DNA of 64,000 nucleotides from Cirrosporium novae-zelandiae (lineage: Eukaryota): positions 434,001 through 498,000 of the forward strand of contig JAPETS010000021.1 of assembly GCA_026023565.1 (NCBI GenBank), read 5' to 3'. The notes below the pieces were generated by a model. The model had not been told where the DNA came from. It saw only the letters and a list, made by a program, of their open reading frames with translations, and made no database searches. The translations under genes and the position numbers were made by a program. Shown here one piece after another: positions 38,301 to 51,497 of this stretch (position 1 is the stretch's first letter; every line of letters starts with the position of its first letter).

Positions 38301-41300
38301 TTATGTTTGGAGAACCTATGCTTCTTACCAGTAACTGGGGGCATATCCTCCTGGCCAGGAAGCTGACGGGACGCGGCTTCAACCCATTCACCAAGGAGCC
38401 CTCTTTCCATATCTAGATGTGCCCGTCTTGATGCCGCAAATGCTTTGATTCTTTCATCGGGATCTTGAAGCGCGAGAATCTCTCGGAACGACATGATTTT
38501 GGGTAGTCCCCCAGAAGGGGATTGTGGGGTTGGTGGAGTAGGAACCTCTGCAGTACTATCTTCCCCCATTGAGTGGGGTTCTTGGGGTTCCACCACCTCA
38601 GGCAGCGCAGAATCTTGCCTATTAGTGGCGATGTTTGCAGCTTCATAAGCAGGAAATGTGGCTTCCATTGCGACATCATTTGATGGGGTAGACATGTCAT
38701 TACGTGCTGCTTGCGGGATGGCATTATCAATGTTTTCGGGTGTATTACCTTCCACTTGGGGTTCTCTACAAGATTCTAAAGTAGGTTCTGTGGGGGGAAT
38801 CCGGGTTTCATGCTCCACCGATCCCGGCTGGATAGTCTCTGCACCAACATTCAACGCTTCCGATGTGTCTGCCTCCCAAGAGAACCGATGAGTGTTCTGT
38901 GGACGTGTAGGCTCTAGGAATCGTGAAGATTCGGTCGGTGGTTGCGATGTAGAAGGTGATGAGACATTTCGCAGGCCGGGAGGAGCAGGTTTTCCTTCCC
39001 CATCAGCCCACGGGTTGGAATCTCCGAGAGGTGTTGAAACTTTTCCAGTGCTTAATTGGTCCGGTGGAGAGTTCCAATAACTTTCATACTCCTCTGGAAG
39101 CACGGTACTCTCTCGTCCCTGAGGCTCTTCTGATCCTGTCGATAGTCTCTGCTCGCCATGGTCAAGCGTACTAGAATGAGGGCTCGGCGACTCAGAAGAG
39201 TCCAAAGGATTAAGACTTCTCACAATTAGTTTCCGAAGTCGATCACTTTCTTCATCACTAGCAACAGTATCAATACTCAACGATGGAAAAACTTGAGGAC
39301 GATCAGTTGGGTCTTCAGAAAGATTCTGGTCTTTAGACCGTGGTCTCAGAGGAGATGGAACAGCAAAATAATCAGGTCCTGCATGTTCAAGATATGATGA
39401 GTCTTTCGGGGGAGGTGTTGGAGCAACACTAGAATCTCCTGACTTAGGACCCTGAGTTGATGCAGGAATCCCAGTATTTCCGAGTTTGTTTGCATCAAGA
39501 ATTTCATTATCTACCAGTGTCGAAGAGAGATCCGCCGTTGTATTGCTGGTAGATTTAGGGAAAGACGACGACCGAGCAGCAGCAGTAGGCGTTGACTCGT
39601 TTTCACCTAAGGCTTCAAGCGATTGATTCCTAGACGGGGAAAGATTTGTTTGCTTCTGTCCGGAGGCAATTTCAGAACCAGATAGCTCTGAAGAGAAATT
39701 TTTGTCCTCTTGTTCTGGAGTCTCTGTTGTTGTGGTGGCGTATGAAGTCCAAGCCCCTGGTAGTGCTGGTCTAAAACTCTCAGCACGTTCACTAACGGGG
39801 CGAGGCGGGATTGTGTCTGTCTCTGCAATAGGTTTAGGGGAAACAGGGACCGGAGAGCTGCTTCTCGACCCTTCCCTAACCCCAAAGCGCTCTGCAAGAT
39901 TTCGAACCGTGCCCTTCGTTGGAGACTCAGCCCTTGCTATAGGTGAACTTGTTCGGTCTTGAGGCAATGCTTCTGAATCGCGGTTGCTTATGAAAGAGTT
40001 ACGAACATTTTCCACGACAGTGCCAATACGAGATTGACTTTTCTTTGATTGGTCATTTTCATTCCTCTCAGACTCACTGGTCTGGGTTGAAATTACTTTA
40101 TCCTGAGACTCATTAGTAATATCTGCTGGTCTACCGTCCACAACGGAGTCACTGCTTTGGACAACAAGAGACCTTGCTGGACTATTCCCTGGACTTGGGG
40201 TGCTCAAATTCCTCCGGTGGCCTGGCTTGAATCCAGGAGGTGGAGTACTGGTAATATCTCGGGGGTTCGCTATAGAACCAGGTCGAGAAGATTCGTTGGC
40301 CTCCTCTGGGATTGTGGGGTTTGCAAGTTCCATCTCCGACGTCTTTGCATGTGCTTCAGCAGTGTTAGTCGGAACCCCGCTCATTATTGGACTGATTCCA
40401 GAGGTACTTTCGGTGTTTGTTCGTGCTACACTTCCTCCAGTAGTCGAAGACGGTGTTGGCGGAACAGTATCAGGCTGGTCAAAGGCCTGGTTGACTAATG
40501 ACTTGAAGCCAGATGAAGGTTCACGCTGAATGTTGGTTGACGCAGATTGCTCTGAATTTGCCTTAGGAATCTCACGTTGCCTGACAGCTATGTCTTGAGA
40601 GGGTGCTAAACCGGGTGGTAACTTCCTAGCAATCGCCATATTTCCAATTTGAGGCCTGGAATTCGATCCTTGTAGAATTTCATCCCCAAAACTGGATATC
40701 CCTTCAATCTCAGGAAGAGCATTACCTAGCAACAAAGTATTTTGGGTTGCAGAGCGATCATCAAGTCTTTCTTGAGCTTTCCCTGATGTATGAGGATCAG
40801 GAATAATGATACCGTCAAATCCATATTCACTCTTACGTTCGGTTACAGGTTCAAGCATCGGCCTGAGTCGTCTTGAGTCGCCATCATTCGCACTCTCAAG
40901 GCTAGGTCTCCGGCGCTGACTCCTGCTAGAGTTATCAGTTCCTCGCTCGCTTTGCCCGTCATCTGAGCCCCTCCCCCCAAGAATAGAATCCATGCTTGGC
41001 CTGCTTGACTCTTGAGAACGACGTTCTTTCTCACGTTCTTCCCCCATTCGTTTATAGATGTCAGCTGGACGAACTAACGTAATTGATTGATTGCTAGCTG
41101 ATCGTTCACGAGTAGCAGCTGTTGTTGCTACATTTCCTGGTTTAGACTGTGCTGGTGTAGTCTCCATCTTTGGAAACCCGGCTCCATGAGAACCGTGGTG
41201 GCTTAAACTGCTCTTCCGAGGAGGAAACTTTTCAGCAGATTGATCAGCTAGAGGAGTTTCCGAGCGCCGAGGATTTAAAGGTCGGGGCATAGCTGAGGAT

Positions 41301-41884
41301 GCTGAGTTAGGTTCCGGCGAGAAATTGGTAGAGACAACGCTTGACATCGATTGCTTCCGGTTGCTAGCGGCCCAAGGGTCTTGACTGTACACAGATGCGG
41401 AAGACTGTGGTTGTTTGTCATTGTTGTTGGGGCGATCATAGGATGGCTGAGGTTGTGTCTGTATCTTTAGTGGTGGTGCTTGGTTTTGGCGAGGTTGCTG
41501 GCTATCAGTAGTGGAGAGTCCTTTTTGCTCATCACCCGCTTCAAAAGAATTTGCTCTTGGTCTAGTATCATCACTAAATCCCCCTTGTTGAGTGTTCTGC
41601 CCCTTCTGCCTCAACCCAGTAGGCTTTGAGACAGGATTAGGTTCTGGCTCAGGTTCTGGCCCGTCCGCTCCATATTCATCATATTCATCGACATCTCCCC
41701 AATCATCCCCATCATAATTATATGATTTCGCCTCCACCCATTTCCTCGTCTTTGATCGATGGACATCTGTTTTGAATGACGGGACAGAAGACCCAGGAGT
41801 CGCAGGGCTGGGAATGTTACTCCTAGGATCCCGGTCAAATGGGGAACGGCTTGTCTCGAAATTATGTTGATAAGGTCTGGACAT
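35323..41884 (-). CDS. Very large intrinsically disordered fungal protein; short form 41884..38066 (1272 aa), spliced long form ~2111 aa
   Basis: Conserved-looking N-terminal SFKTDVHRSKTRKWVEAKSYNYDGDDWG and LVRPADIYKRM. Phase-0 introns 38077..37899 and 36662..36616 join three ORFs without stops; the long form ends IIMSPTAYPGQEWVP..WEAE*. Confidence 0.75.
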
Positions 41885-42789
41885 ATCGAGTGGTCCTAGA
41901 TAGAAGCCAAGAAGATTAAGGAGAGTAGTTTACGTAGGATGTAGTAGGTGGGAGTTTAATGTTTTCGTGGTCGTTGATCATGGATAATTATCATTTCGTC
42001 CGATCGTAGAGCATATACACAACTAAGCCACAGATGAGGACCAATAATCCCGAATATTGAGGGTGAGAAACATGCGTTCGTTGTTTGGTTGCCAGGGGAG
42101 GAAGGATAGCTCGCAGTTACAGTTGTCGCAATTCTCAACTAAAGTCTTCAGGTCTATAAAATAGTCTGAGACGATAGGTAAAGTAAAGCATGCAGTAATA
42201 ATGAATATGAAAGCTTGAGATGCTAGGGCAGATAATGCTACTAGATAAATAGAGTGAAATTAGAACTTGAAGCAGAGTTGGGAAGGAGGGATTGCAATTA
42301 CGTTCTGGGGAGGTTTCCCTGATTCGCGACAGTTCACTGATGCTTCCGACGCCTCTTACACGCCACTGCGGCTACGTAAATGGGGCTGAGATCCCTGAAA
42401 GCTTAGGCACCAACCACTCAGAGGCATTCAAAGGTATTCAAAGGTACAGTACCGAAATTGCCGAACAATCAAAAGGTCGAAAGGTGTTTACAAGGTGTCT
42501 ACAAAGTAACCTACGGCACCTAGGTAACGGTAATTAATGCCTGAGGCCAAATACCGTTCATTCTTTTACAGTAATTACCAGCTGATACTTTGGCTAACCA
42601 ACTAAACTACTTGTATAACCATCTGTGACACCTTCCTGTCACACAAAACATTCCAAGGCTCTTTAAATTCTCTCTTAACCTCTTCTGATTCCCATTTAGA
42701 ATCCATTCCAGGACTCAGTCATAATCATTCATCTTCATTAACTTTTCTCTTCCGAGGAAGATTGTCTTACAAATACTCAAAACGACATC

Positions 42790-45383
42790 ATGCAGCAACA
42801 AAGGTCAAGATCGAGGAACAGCTTATCACCGAGACATCGAACTCCACCTTACGGTAAACCATAGATGGGCAGGATAATCTGAAAGCTTGGCGCAGCTGCT
42901 AATATGAACTGGGAAGATTCTTCAAGAACACCGCCACGAGGACCCGCTGCAGAGATGCGGCTAAATACACGAGATTGGGATCGCAGAAAGGATCGGGGTC
43001 CGTATTCCGACAACACTTCTTATCGCGGCCGGCCCTCGTCACCCCGAAGAGGGGGGCGAAAGACCTATAGAGATCGGGATCAAGAGGGGTATCAATCGCC
43101 AGTATATGAAAGTTATAGTCGAAGCAGAAGTCGAAGTCCTCGCCGAGATAGGTCACCGCACTATAGTGGCCCTCCGAGTAGAGAAATCATTATGGAAGGC
43201 TTGCCTATAGGAATGACTGAAGACGACGTTCGACACCACCACCCTCCCTTTCCATGTTCTGCCATACTCCAACCAGCCTAAGTCCTCTGCTTTTTGCTGT
43301 GAATTTTGACTAAGGAGTCGCGAAATGGCCGTCGCTGGCCTAGCGTTGGCTTAACAGATATCGAGAGAATTGAAGCAATATCACAATATTGAAGGCCTCG
43401 AAGATGTACGAGTGATTCGCGATCGCCAGACGCGTAAGTTCTACATGATACCATCTATTTTCATTTGCTCAGTAATACCACAGGAGTTTCCCGCCAGTTT
43501 GGATTTCTACGCTTTGCGACTCTGCACAATTCGAGGTCCTTCCTCGAGCGCAATCACCCTATGATATATCTTTACGGTAATTCTGTGGTAGGTGAAGGCG
43601 AAGACGAAGGTACAAAGGTTCGAATATCCTTCAGCCGTGAAAGGGAAGATCGAGGCCGTACCGAGAGACAGGAGGGCGAATGGATATGCAAGATTGTGGG
43701 TCCATGCGAAATATAAAGCATACTTACGGCTACAACTAACACACTGTCAGTGCTCTGTTCTCAACTACCCAGGGCGTATCCGGTGCTTCAGGTGCCAATC
43801 TGTCAAAACTGGTAAGGTATTTCTATCCTAAAGCTTCATAGTAACTAACTTTCCCAGACGCTATGGCTAGCGGCTCTTCCCTTCCTGCCGTTCCCGCACA
43901 GCTTTCCAACAACGGAGATAGCGATATATCACCCGATAATACTCCATCTCAGTTCCTTCTAGTGAGAGGACTTGAACCTACAGTGACTGAAGAAGTTCTC
44001 GCCAAGGGCGTCTCGAAACTCTATAAGCCGGATGCCGCCGCTGCCGCTGCTTCAAACGCTACTGCTGCTAAGAAATCTGGAGCAAAAGTTGCTTCGACGA
44101 CTGGCGATGCCAATCTTGGTGCCAAAGAAGGTAGCCTTCGAAGAGTGCTCCTAATTCGAGATAGGAGGAGTAACGATAGTTGGAGATATGGGTTTGCGGA
44201 ATTCCAAACCGTCGATGTTTGTGCTCTATAATCCGACTGTTTAATAGCTTATTCACAGATTCTAGGATGCGCAAGCTGCTCTAACAAGATTCAATTCTTT
44301 TGACAAGTTCACCATTTCGTCCAAGCCGGTTCTGGTTAGCTATATACATGCTGGCGTCTTTGTCCCGGTCTTTAATCCAACTCCAAGCATCGAGAGGTTC
44401 CTGTTCAGCCCCTTGAGCAATGATACTCTAAAGTTGCAATATTGGGATGAATCAGCATATGTCACCGAATTGAGACTAGCACAGTCAGGAAATACAAGCC
44501 CACAAGAAAAGGATGGCAGCACCAATGCCACGGCTAATGAAAAGGCTAAGGATGGCCTAAAGGCTACCAAGGCCAATGATTCAAAATCTAAGAAAAGAAA
44601 GGCCGACATCGGGGCAACCTTGAGTTCGAAGAAAGTAAGTGTTGGGCGTTAATATACACATGTTCTGACTAATTCTTACAGTCTGCACCTGCCCAGCTAC
44701 AATTCTGGAGCAATCGTCATGCCGAATTACATGGTCTTGATGTCAAAGACTCCAAAAAAGGAGACGTAGAACAAGACAACAAAACCGAGGCTCCAAATGT
44801 CAAGGAAGCCGATGAGATTGAGATTCAAACCCAATCTTATGCAGATCCAGAACGAAATTGCTGTTATCTGTGTTCTCGTCAATTCAAGTCGTCGGCTGAG
44901 GTTAACAAACATGAGCGCCTAAGTAAACTCCATCAAGACAATCTTAATAATGAAGAATTGAAGAGCAAGGCAATGGCCAGGTTGAAAAAATTAGGTCATG
45001 CGGTTCAATCCGCATCCATGTCTGAGTATCGTGATAGGGCCAAGGAAAGGCGTCAAGCATTTGGATCGTCCAAAAGAACACCGCTACCGGGAAAGCCTAA
45101 AGCGGTATCAGAGGAAAAGGAAGCAGCTCCTCCACCGTCAAAGGGTGCTTCTTTGCTTAGCAAGATGGGCTGGTCTTCTGGAGCGGGTTTGGGTGCTCAA
45201 GGTACTGGCATGACAGCGCCCATACAGCAAGACCTTTATGTCGCTGGCGTGGGTTTGGGGGCTGAAGGGGGGAAGGTAGGGGATGCTGCCGAGGAAGCAA
45301 GCAGGAATACTGGAGGAAGTTATGCGGCATTTTTGGAGAAGGCTAAGGACAAAGCCAAAGAGCGATTTCAGCAGATGAGTTAA
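42790..45383 (+). CDS. RBM5/RBM10-like RNA-binding protein (2 RRM, RanBP2 Zn finger, C2H2, G-patch)
   Basis: RS-rich N-terminus; RRM1 SRQFGFLRF; WICKI|CSVLNYPGRIRCFRC; RRM2 SWRYGFAEF; CYLCSRQFKSSAEVNKHERLSKLH; YRDRAKERR; G-patch SKGASLLSKMGWSSGAGLG. About 8 exons. Confidence 0.9.
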
Positions 45384-46394
45384 AAGAATGTTGCTGCCTA
45401 TGTTTTCTGTCATCCCTCTGCTTCGTGCAATGTTCTTTCGGGTTAGGAAAATTGTTTGGGTAGGTTGAATTGGCAGATGATTTTTGGTTTCATTTCATGA
45501 GGAGTGTATTAATTTACCAGTGACGGATTTCGGGTTGATTAAACATGAAAGATATTCCACTACTTTGACGTTTGCTTGATGTTCAATGGTAGTGTTCTTT
45601 TAAGACATTTGAGGTGCATGATGTCAGCCCAATATTTTAGCAAATGTGGAGGGGTGCATACTTCTTTATTCATGGTTCCACTAACTTATTGAGACTCATG
45701 CATATAAAAATACTTGGTGGTTGGCCCTAGAAGTGGCAAGGCTATCTTCAGGCTCTCTTTAGGCAACCACAAAAGATGAGATTAAGTGGCGGTGATGGAC
45801 CAGCAGATTTGAGGCTGAGCGAGTTCTTAGCCTCAAGTGTGGCCCGCGCTTAACCTTGGCTTTTCTCAGGTTTTCAATCCTTTGTACGATTCATCCAACC
45901 AGTGACCAACCAGCTAGTTTTTCTAGAAAATTGGCAAGGCGCATTGAGAGTGACATGGCATGGTTATTTTCATCCGCTGATCCTCAATAGCTCAAAGCTC
46001 GTTCAGAATGCGAGTTATGGAACATTAATTTGGTAGCGCCTAAGGCAAAGTCGGCTGCTTCCCTCCCATCATCCCCCGCAGCTGTACTTTTTATATAAAT
46101 GTCCGAGTCTAACTCTGTGATATTTATGCATCACGCCTTTCGAGATCTATAGTCTCAGTAAGACTTAGTGTTAAGGCCTTCAAATATTTTCATTCTCTTT
46201 TCTTAGTTCTCTTTTTCGTCCATATAAGGCCTTATATAAAATTACGACATCACAGCATATACTACATCTACATCTTCCCATTTCAAAAATTCCTCTTCTT
46301 GCTTACTTCATTAATCCGGTTAGCCTAAGTTACTACAGGCTGTTTGGAAGAGTGTTATGCTTTTTGGCCCATCTACCACTTGCTATAGTGAATA

Positions 46395-47606
46395 ATGTCT
46401 GGTACTGATTCACTCCGACGAGAAACTAAGTTGTTAAGCTAAGAAGTTACTTCTATCAGACAAATCTGACTACTGGGATTCATCAAGCCAGTCAATTAAC
46501 TTCTGGATATACTATCCTAACAAAGGCGCGCCTATCGCTTTTGCCGCCCTTTTCTTGATATCTGGCCTCTGGCATACTTACCAGACTTTGTACGTATCCC
46601 CCATACTATAAATTATAAGGAGTGTCGGGTTTTTACTAATCTGCTGTGGTCGTTTAGGAAATACAAGTCATCGAGAGTGACTTGGCTCTATCCTTGGGCG
46701 GCCTCCATTTTCGTCGCTGCATTTATCACAAGAGCAATTGGCGCTTATCAACGGGATAACCTAAACATTCTGATTGCCAGTACTGTTCTAATTTATGCTG
46801 CACCGTTAGTTTCCCTGTTCCGCGTCCACTCTTCATTCGCCAATATCTAAAACTTACAACGCAGGCCCGTCTATGAAGCTGCAAACTGTATAATTCTCGG
46901 CCGAGTTCTCTACTACATCCCCTACCATTCCCCTCTCCACCCAGGTCGCGTCCTAACAACTTATCTCGGTATCGATGTCCTCGTGGAAGCTCTAACTGGC
47001 GTTGGGGCACCTCGAATCGCTAACTATGATCAACCTTACGACTGGCGAAATGTCGGGTATATCCTCTTCAAGGTATCGCTCTGTCTATTCGTCGTGCTGA
47101 TTATTGGTTTTCTATCGGTGGCTATATATTTCCATCGGAGGTGTCTACAGGCAGGCGTTTTGAGCAAAGATGTGAGAACGGTTTTGTATACACTATATCT
47201 ATCGAGTTTCTTCGTCTGTGTCCGGAACCTTTTCCGTCTAGTCTCGATATTCCAGTCAAACCCAGTCAAAGCGGCCCCAGAAACTTTTCACGAGCCATAC
47301 TTTTGGATCTTTGAAGCCACGCCCATGCTCCTTAACACCTTTCTCCTCAACATTTACCCACCAGCCAAGTACCTGCCGAGAGACAATAAGATATATCTGG
47401 CACATGATGGAAAGACGGAGTTAAGAGGGCCTGGATGGGAAGATAAAAGATTCTGGCTATGGACGATTCTTGATCCATTTGACATTGCCGGGCTGGTTCG
47501 GGGCAGAGATAAAGAGACCAAGTTTTGGGAAGTGGGAGAACAACAAGCGGGCATCATTCCTATAGAATCCAAGACAGACGAGAATAGGGGGAAAGAGGGG
47601 GTATAA
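46395..47606 (+). CDS. RTA1-like (lipid-translocating exporter family) multi-pass membrane protein
   Basis: Spliced MSDKSD..FWIYYPNKGAPIAFAALF, LIYAAPPVYEAANCIILGRVLYYIPYHSPLHPGRV, VRNLFRLV and HEPYFWIFEATPMLLN. Introns 46402-46459, 46590-46657 and 46805-46864. Confidence 0.88.
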
Positions 47607-48309
47607 AAGTGGCGGAGTGAGATTTTGCTGTCTTTGTTACCACCGGAATTATAGGTGAAGGGATCAGTAGGTTTTTTGTTTGTATTTGGTGAGTATTGGT
47701 TTGTGTCCTGAGACGCAACACTGACTTCTTTCATTATTCGGTATCATGTCTTAAAGTTTAATAGAGTGTTATGAGTTCTTAGGGAAAACTTGCTTAGTCT
47801 TCATTTGAGGTGTGCCCTTCAGGCCTATTTATGCTACTTTATGGGTTTCGCTACTTCTCTAATCCGTTTGTCTCTCCCTTTCGTAACATAAAGTATTTCA
47901 ACACTTTTTTACATATATCTGCAAACTCATAACCTTTATATACTAGGATGGCCCAGATCTAAACAGTCTTAGTCCTTTGCATCTCTTCGAGAAAGCTAGT
48001 CCTTGGTGTACTGCTATGATTGACTGTCATAGATAATATCTACGGCTTCGAACATTCGGTCCTTCCATACCCCACATGTTAATATTTAGAAGCTCTTTCG
48101 GTCGAGGTCGCTTGGTTCCTTATTCCTTCTATCCAATTTCATTATGCGGTCTTCTGTGTTTGCATCCTTAAACTCTCGGCGTTCTACCCAGACCACCACA
48201 AGTAACTGTACGCATCCATCTTTCCCACCTTCACTCTTCCCCATTTACTTATTCTTCTACTCTCTTAGATTCTCTTTCCATCCAACGCTACCTACAGGAA
48301 CCAGAAACC

Positions 48310-50047
48310 ATGGCTGCCAGTACCACTTCTGCTGCTACTGCCGATACCTCAAACAAGCCTCGCTTCATTCAAGATTACAACAAGCTGAGTACCCTAAAAG
48401 CTATCGAGGAACAATCAACCCTCGAAAAGCCTCTTTTCAAGCAGCTCAGTAATGACTGCCGGGAATATGTTGCCAAAGACTCAAGCGTGACTGGAGGGTC
48501 AGCTCGAATGCGTCGGCTTGAAATTGATGAGTGGCGCGCTATCGTCAACGATTTCATTGTGAATGAAGGTAAAGGGGCTTTGTATTGGGACAAAGTCCGA
48601 TTCAACGTCAAAACGACCTCACTTTTCTGGCCTGAAGATACTGCTTCGTGAGTTGAATCCTCATTATCCCTTGACATCACTCTCACATGAAGAGGAGGCA
48701 TTGCGATAAAATTCTCCCGTCTCATCCCTACAAACCTGATCTGAACTACATCTAACATTTCCCTCATTTACTTTTCTAGGATCGAAATTATCATATCGGC
48801 GTTGCTGCGACTCCACGCGATGAAAGAAGTCAGAAAACGTAAAGGTGATGCCTCCTCAGACGCAAATGACACACCTACGAAGAAACCTCGCTGCCTTGCT
48901 AGAAAAGCATCTTCTCGACCATCCAAACAGGGCGGTAACAATGACGAAGAAGAGGACGACGACCTCTCACAACCAGAGGTGGAATACTTCAGTTCCAAGG
49001 ACGAAGATGAAGAAATCTACTCGGACGTGCAAAAGGTGCTAAAAAGTCCCAACAAACCCCTCCCTAAAAACACAGTCCGCAGGTACGTAACAGCAGCACA
49101 TCTTATCCTCTCCAAACCACCTTTATCTCCCTCCTCCTCCTCTCAACCCAACCACAAGTCCCAACCCAACTAACCACATACTTTCTTTGGAAAAACACAG
49201 TTACGAAAATGACCCTTTCACCTTCTTCCGTGGCCCGTATACCGGGACCCAAGAACCTAGCCCCTCCCCGATGCCAAAAGCAACCGCTCCGTCTCCTTTA
49301 GGTTTCAACCTCCCGACCAATTATAACACCCTCCCCTCTCTCCAGGCTACCATGAGAGCCCAATCCGTTTCCGAGGGTCGAAATATTGAGCCGGCCGTGG
49401 CAAATAGGAGGAAGTCGTTTAGTGCTGATGGGATGATGGAGATTGGAGGAGAAGGAGATGGGGGTAACAAGGAGGAGCATGGAGAAATTGATAACCAGCA
49501 ACTTGTGAGAGTTGCGACAAATTCTCTAGCGAGGTCTGAGATTGGTGGCAGCCGCGAGGGGGATGTGCCCAAACCCACTCGTAAAAGACCCCCCTACAAG
49601 CGGCCAACAACCGTCAAAGAGCGGGTAGAACCCACCACCGCCACCTCCATCCTCAGAAGCCCTACCGCTATAACCACGAAAGCAGCCCGCAACATAAACC
49701 AAATCTTCACAATCACCCTCTCCCTAACCCGCTCTCCGACCCACACCAGCGCCAGCACACTCTACCTATCCCTCCCCATCACCCTCACCACCACCAGCCT
49801 CAGCCTCGCAACCTTTTACGGCCAAGTGGCACTCTCCCTCCCCCAACGCGACCGTCTCGCGCTTGCCCGTTGCAACCGAATCAAAATGATCGTCGAAGGT
49901 ATGGAATGGGGTAAGATGATGGATTTTATGAAGATTGGAGCGGAGGCGGTCTGGGGGGTTTTGTTGCGGGGGGTTTTAGAGGCGAAGGCGAAGGGGGAGG
50001 AGGGGGAGGAGGAGAAGGAAGTGAGAGTTGTGTTTACGGACGATTAG
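48310..50047 (+). CDS. Uncharacterised (orphan-like) protein, 3 exons
   Basis: Three ORFs joined in frame by introns 48647-48779 (GTGAGT..CTAAC..TAG) and 49083-49200 (GTACGT..CTAAC..CAG). Basic NLS-like stretches RKRK, PTKKPR and RKRP. Confidence 0.72.
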
Positions 50048-50385
50048 GAGGTTGTTGTTGGTTTTGAGGAGGAGGGGGGGGGAAGGGGGGGTAAGTCAGG
50101 GAGGGAGGTTTTTTCAAGGTGAGGTTTTTTTTCTGAAGATAGGTAACCGAGGAGGTCCTCTCAAGGTAGAGTTTTTTTTGAACATAAGTAGCTGAGGAGG
50201 CCTTCCTTCAGATTTTGTGATTGTTCATAGCTACAGTACCTATTCCTGGATAATCCACCCCCCCCCCCCCCCCGCGCATAGGGGTTTTATTACTACCTAG
50301 CTCCAACATTTGATTTGATGCGTGTTGAATACTCCATGGAAAGTAAATACCAAGATAAATAACCAACCCATTTCTCTTGAATTTT

Positions 50386-50765
50386 TCTTTGGAATATGGA
50401 TATAGATATAGATATAGATATGGATGGGATGAGATGGGGTGGGATACGAAATCCCCAACTCTATCTACTCTATCTATACTCCATTATCATACTATACCAT
50501 ACCATACTACGTATATAGACCTAGATATACCCCAAACACCACCACAATTCCATTTTCATTTCCATCCATACCCATCCTATAGAGGTTTGAAAAACTACAC
50601 TACCTACACGACTAAATAACCATAAGCATAAGCATAACCGTCAATAAAACTTCGTTTTTAGTTGTCGTTATATTTGTCGTTGTCATTGTCGTTGTCATTG
50701 TCGTTGTCGTTTATTTATTAAAAAGTCGTCAACCAACTAATTAATTATTTATTTATTTATTATAA
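50386..50765. repeat. Mosaic of short tandem repeats (GATATA, ACCAT, CATAAG, GTCGTT/GTCATT, ATTT) in a convergent intergenic region
   Basis: Directly visible low-complexity tracts between the 3' ends of the 48310 gene and CAB1. Confidence 0.7.
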
Positions 50766-51497
50766 ACGATGTTGGCTGGCTATGGGAGGTAATATCTGGT
50801 TCCGTTCTAGTTCTGTCTGGTTTCTGATTCCGTTCTGGTTTAATTATGGTTTCTACCATTCATCTTCACAAGTTCACGGTTTCGCGGATTCCCTTCTTAA
50901 ATGCAACAACAACAACAACGACAACACCACTTCCCACTTCCCACTTTGCAACGCGTGTAAACGTATAACTCTTTGTATGTTATGCTATGCTATGCCATGC
51001 TATACAAAATCCATCACGCCCTATGCCGTCAATGCCCATGCCCATACCATGCCATCCAATCCATCTGTCCATGGAAAAACTCCAGTAATTACCATTACCT
51101 AGTATCCAGGTATCCAATAAACCAACCAACCGCTCTGATTGATGGCTTCTTTCTTTTTCTTTTTCTTTCTTTCTCGGATTTCCACCGGTTTCTGGTCTTC
51201 TCTGGTCTCTTTGGTCTTATGGTCTTCCTGGTCTTTCTGGTATTATGTGTAGCGTGTAGCGTGCGTGGGATAACACAGCAACGATGCAACGAAATAGAAA
51301 AAGGGAAAATTAAACAATTTTTATGGGTTGATTTCTGGTGTTTTTGTGTGTATGGTTTGGATTTTCTTTTCTTTTTTTCTTCATTTTTTTCTTCCTTTTT
51401 TTGAAGTATTAGTCATGGAGACCCTCCCCCAATAAAACGATAGTCGCTAATATAACAAGTGGGGGTGGTGGGCATCCATATCATCCAGAAATCTTCT

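Noticed and set aside
42380..42440. GGGGCTGAGA resembling a TPP riboswitch core
   Set aside because: The downstream CTGAT..TAAT..GCG elements are absent and no thiamine gene is nearby.
50782..51404. Phe/Cys-rich ORFs (106 and 143 aa)
   Set aside because: They arise from low-complexity T-rich sequence in the CAB1 3' region.
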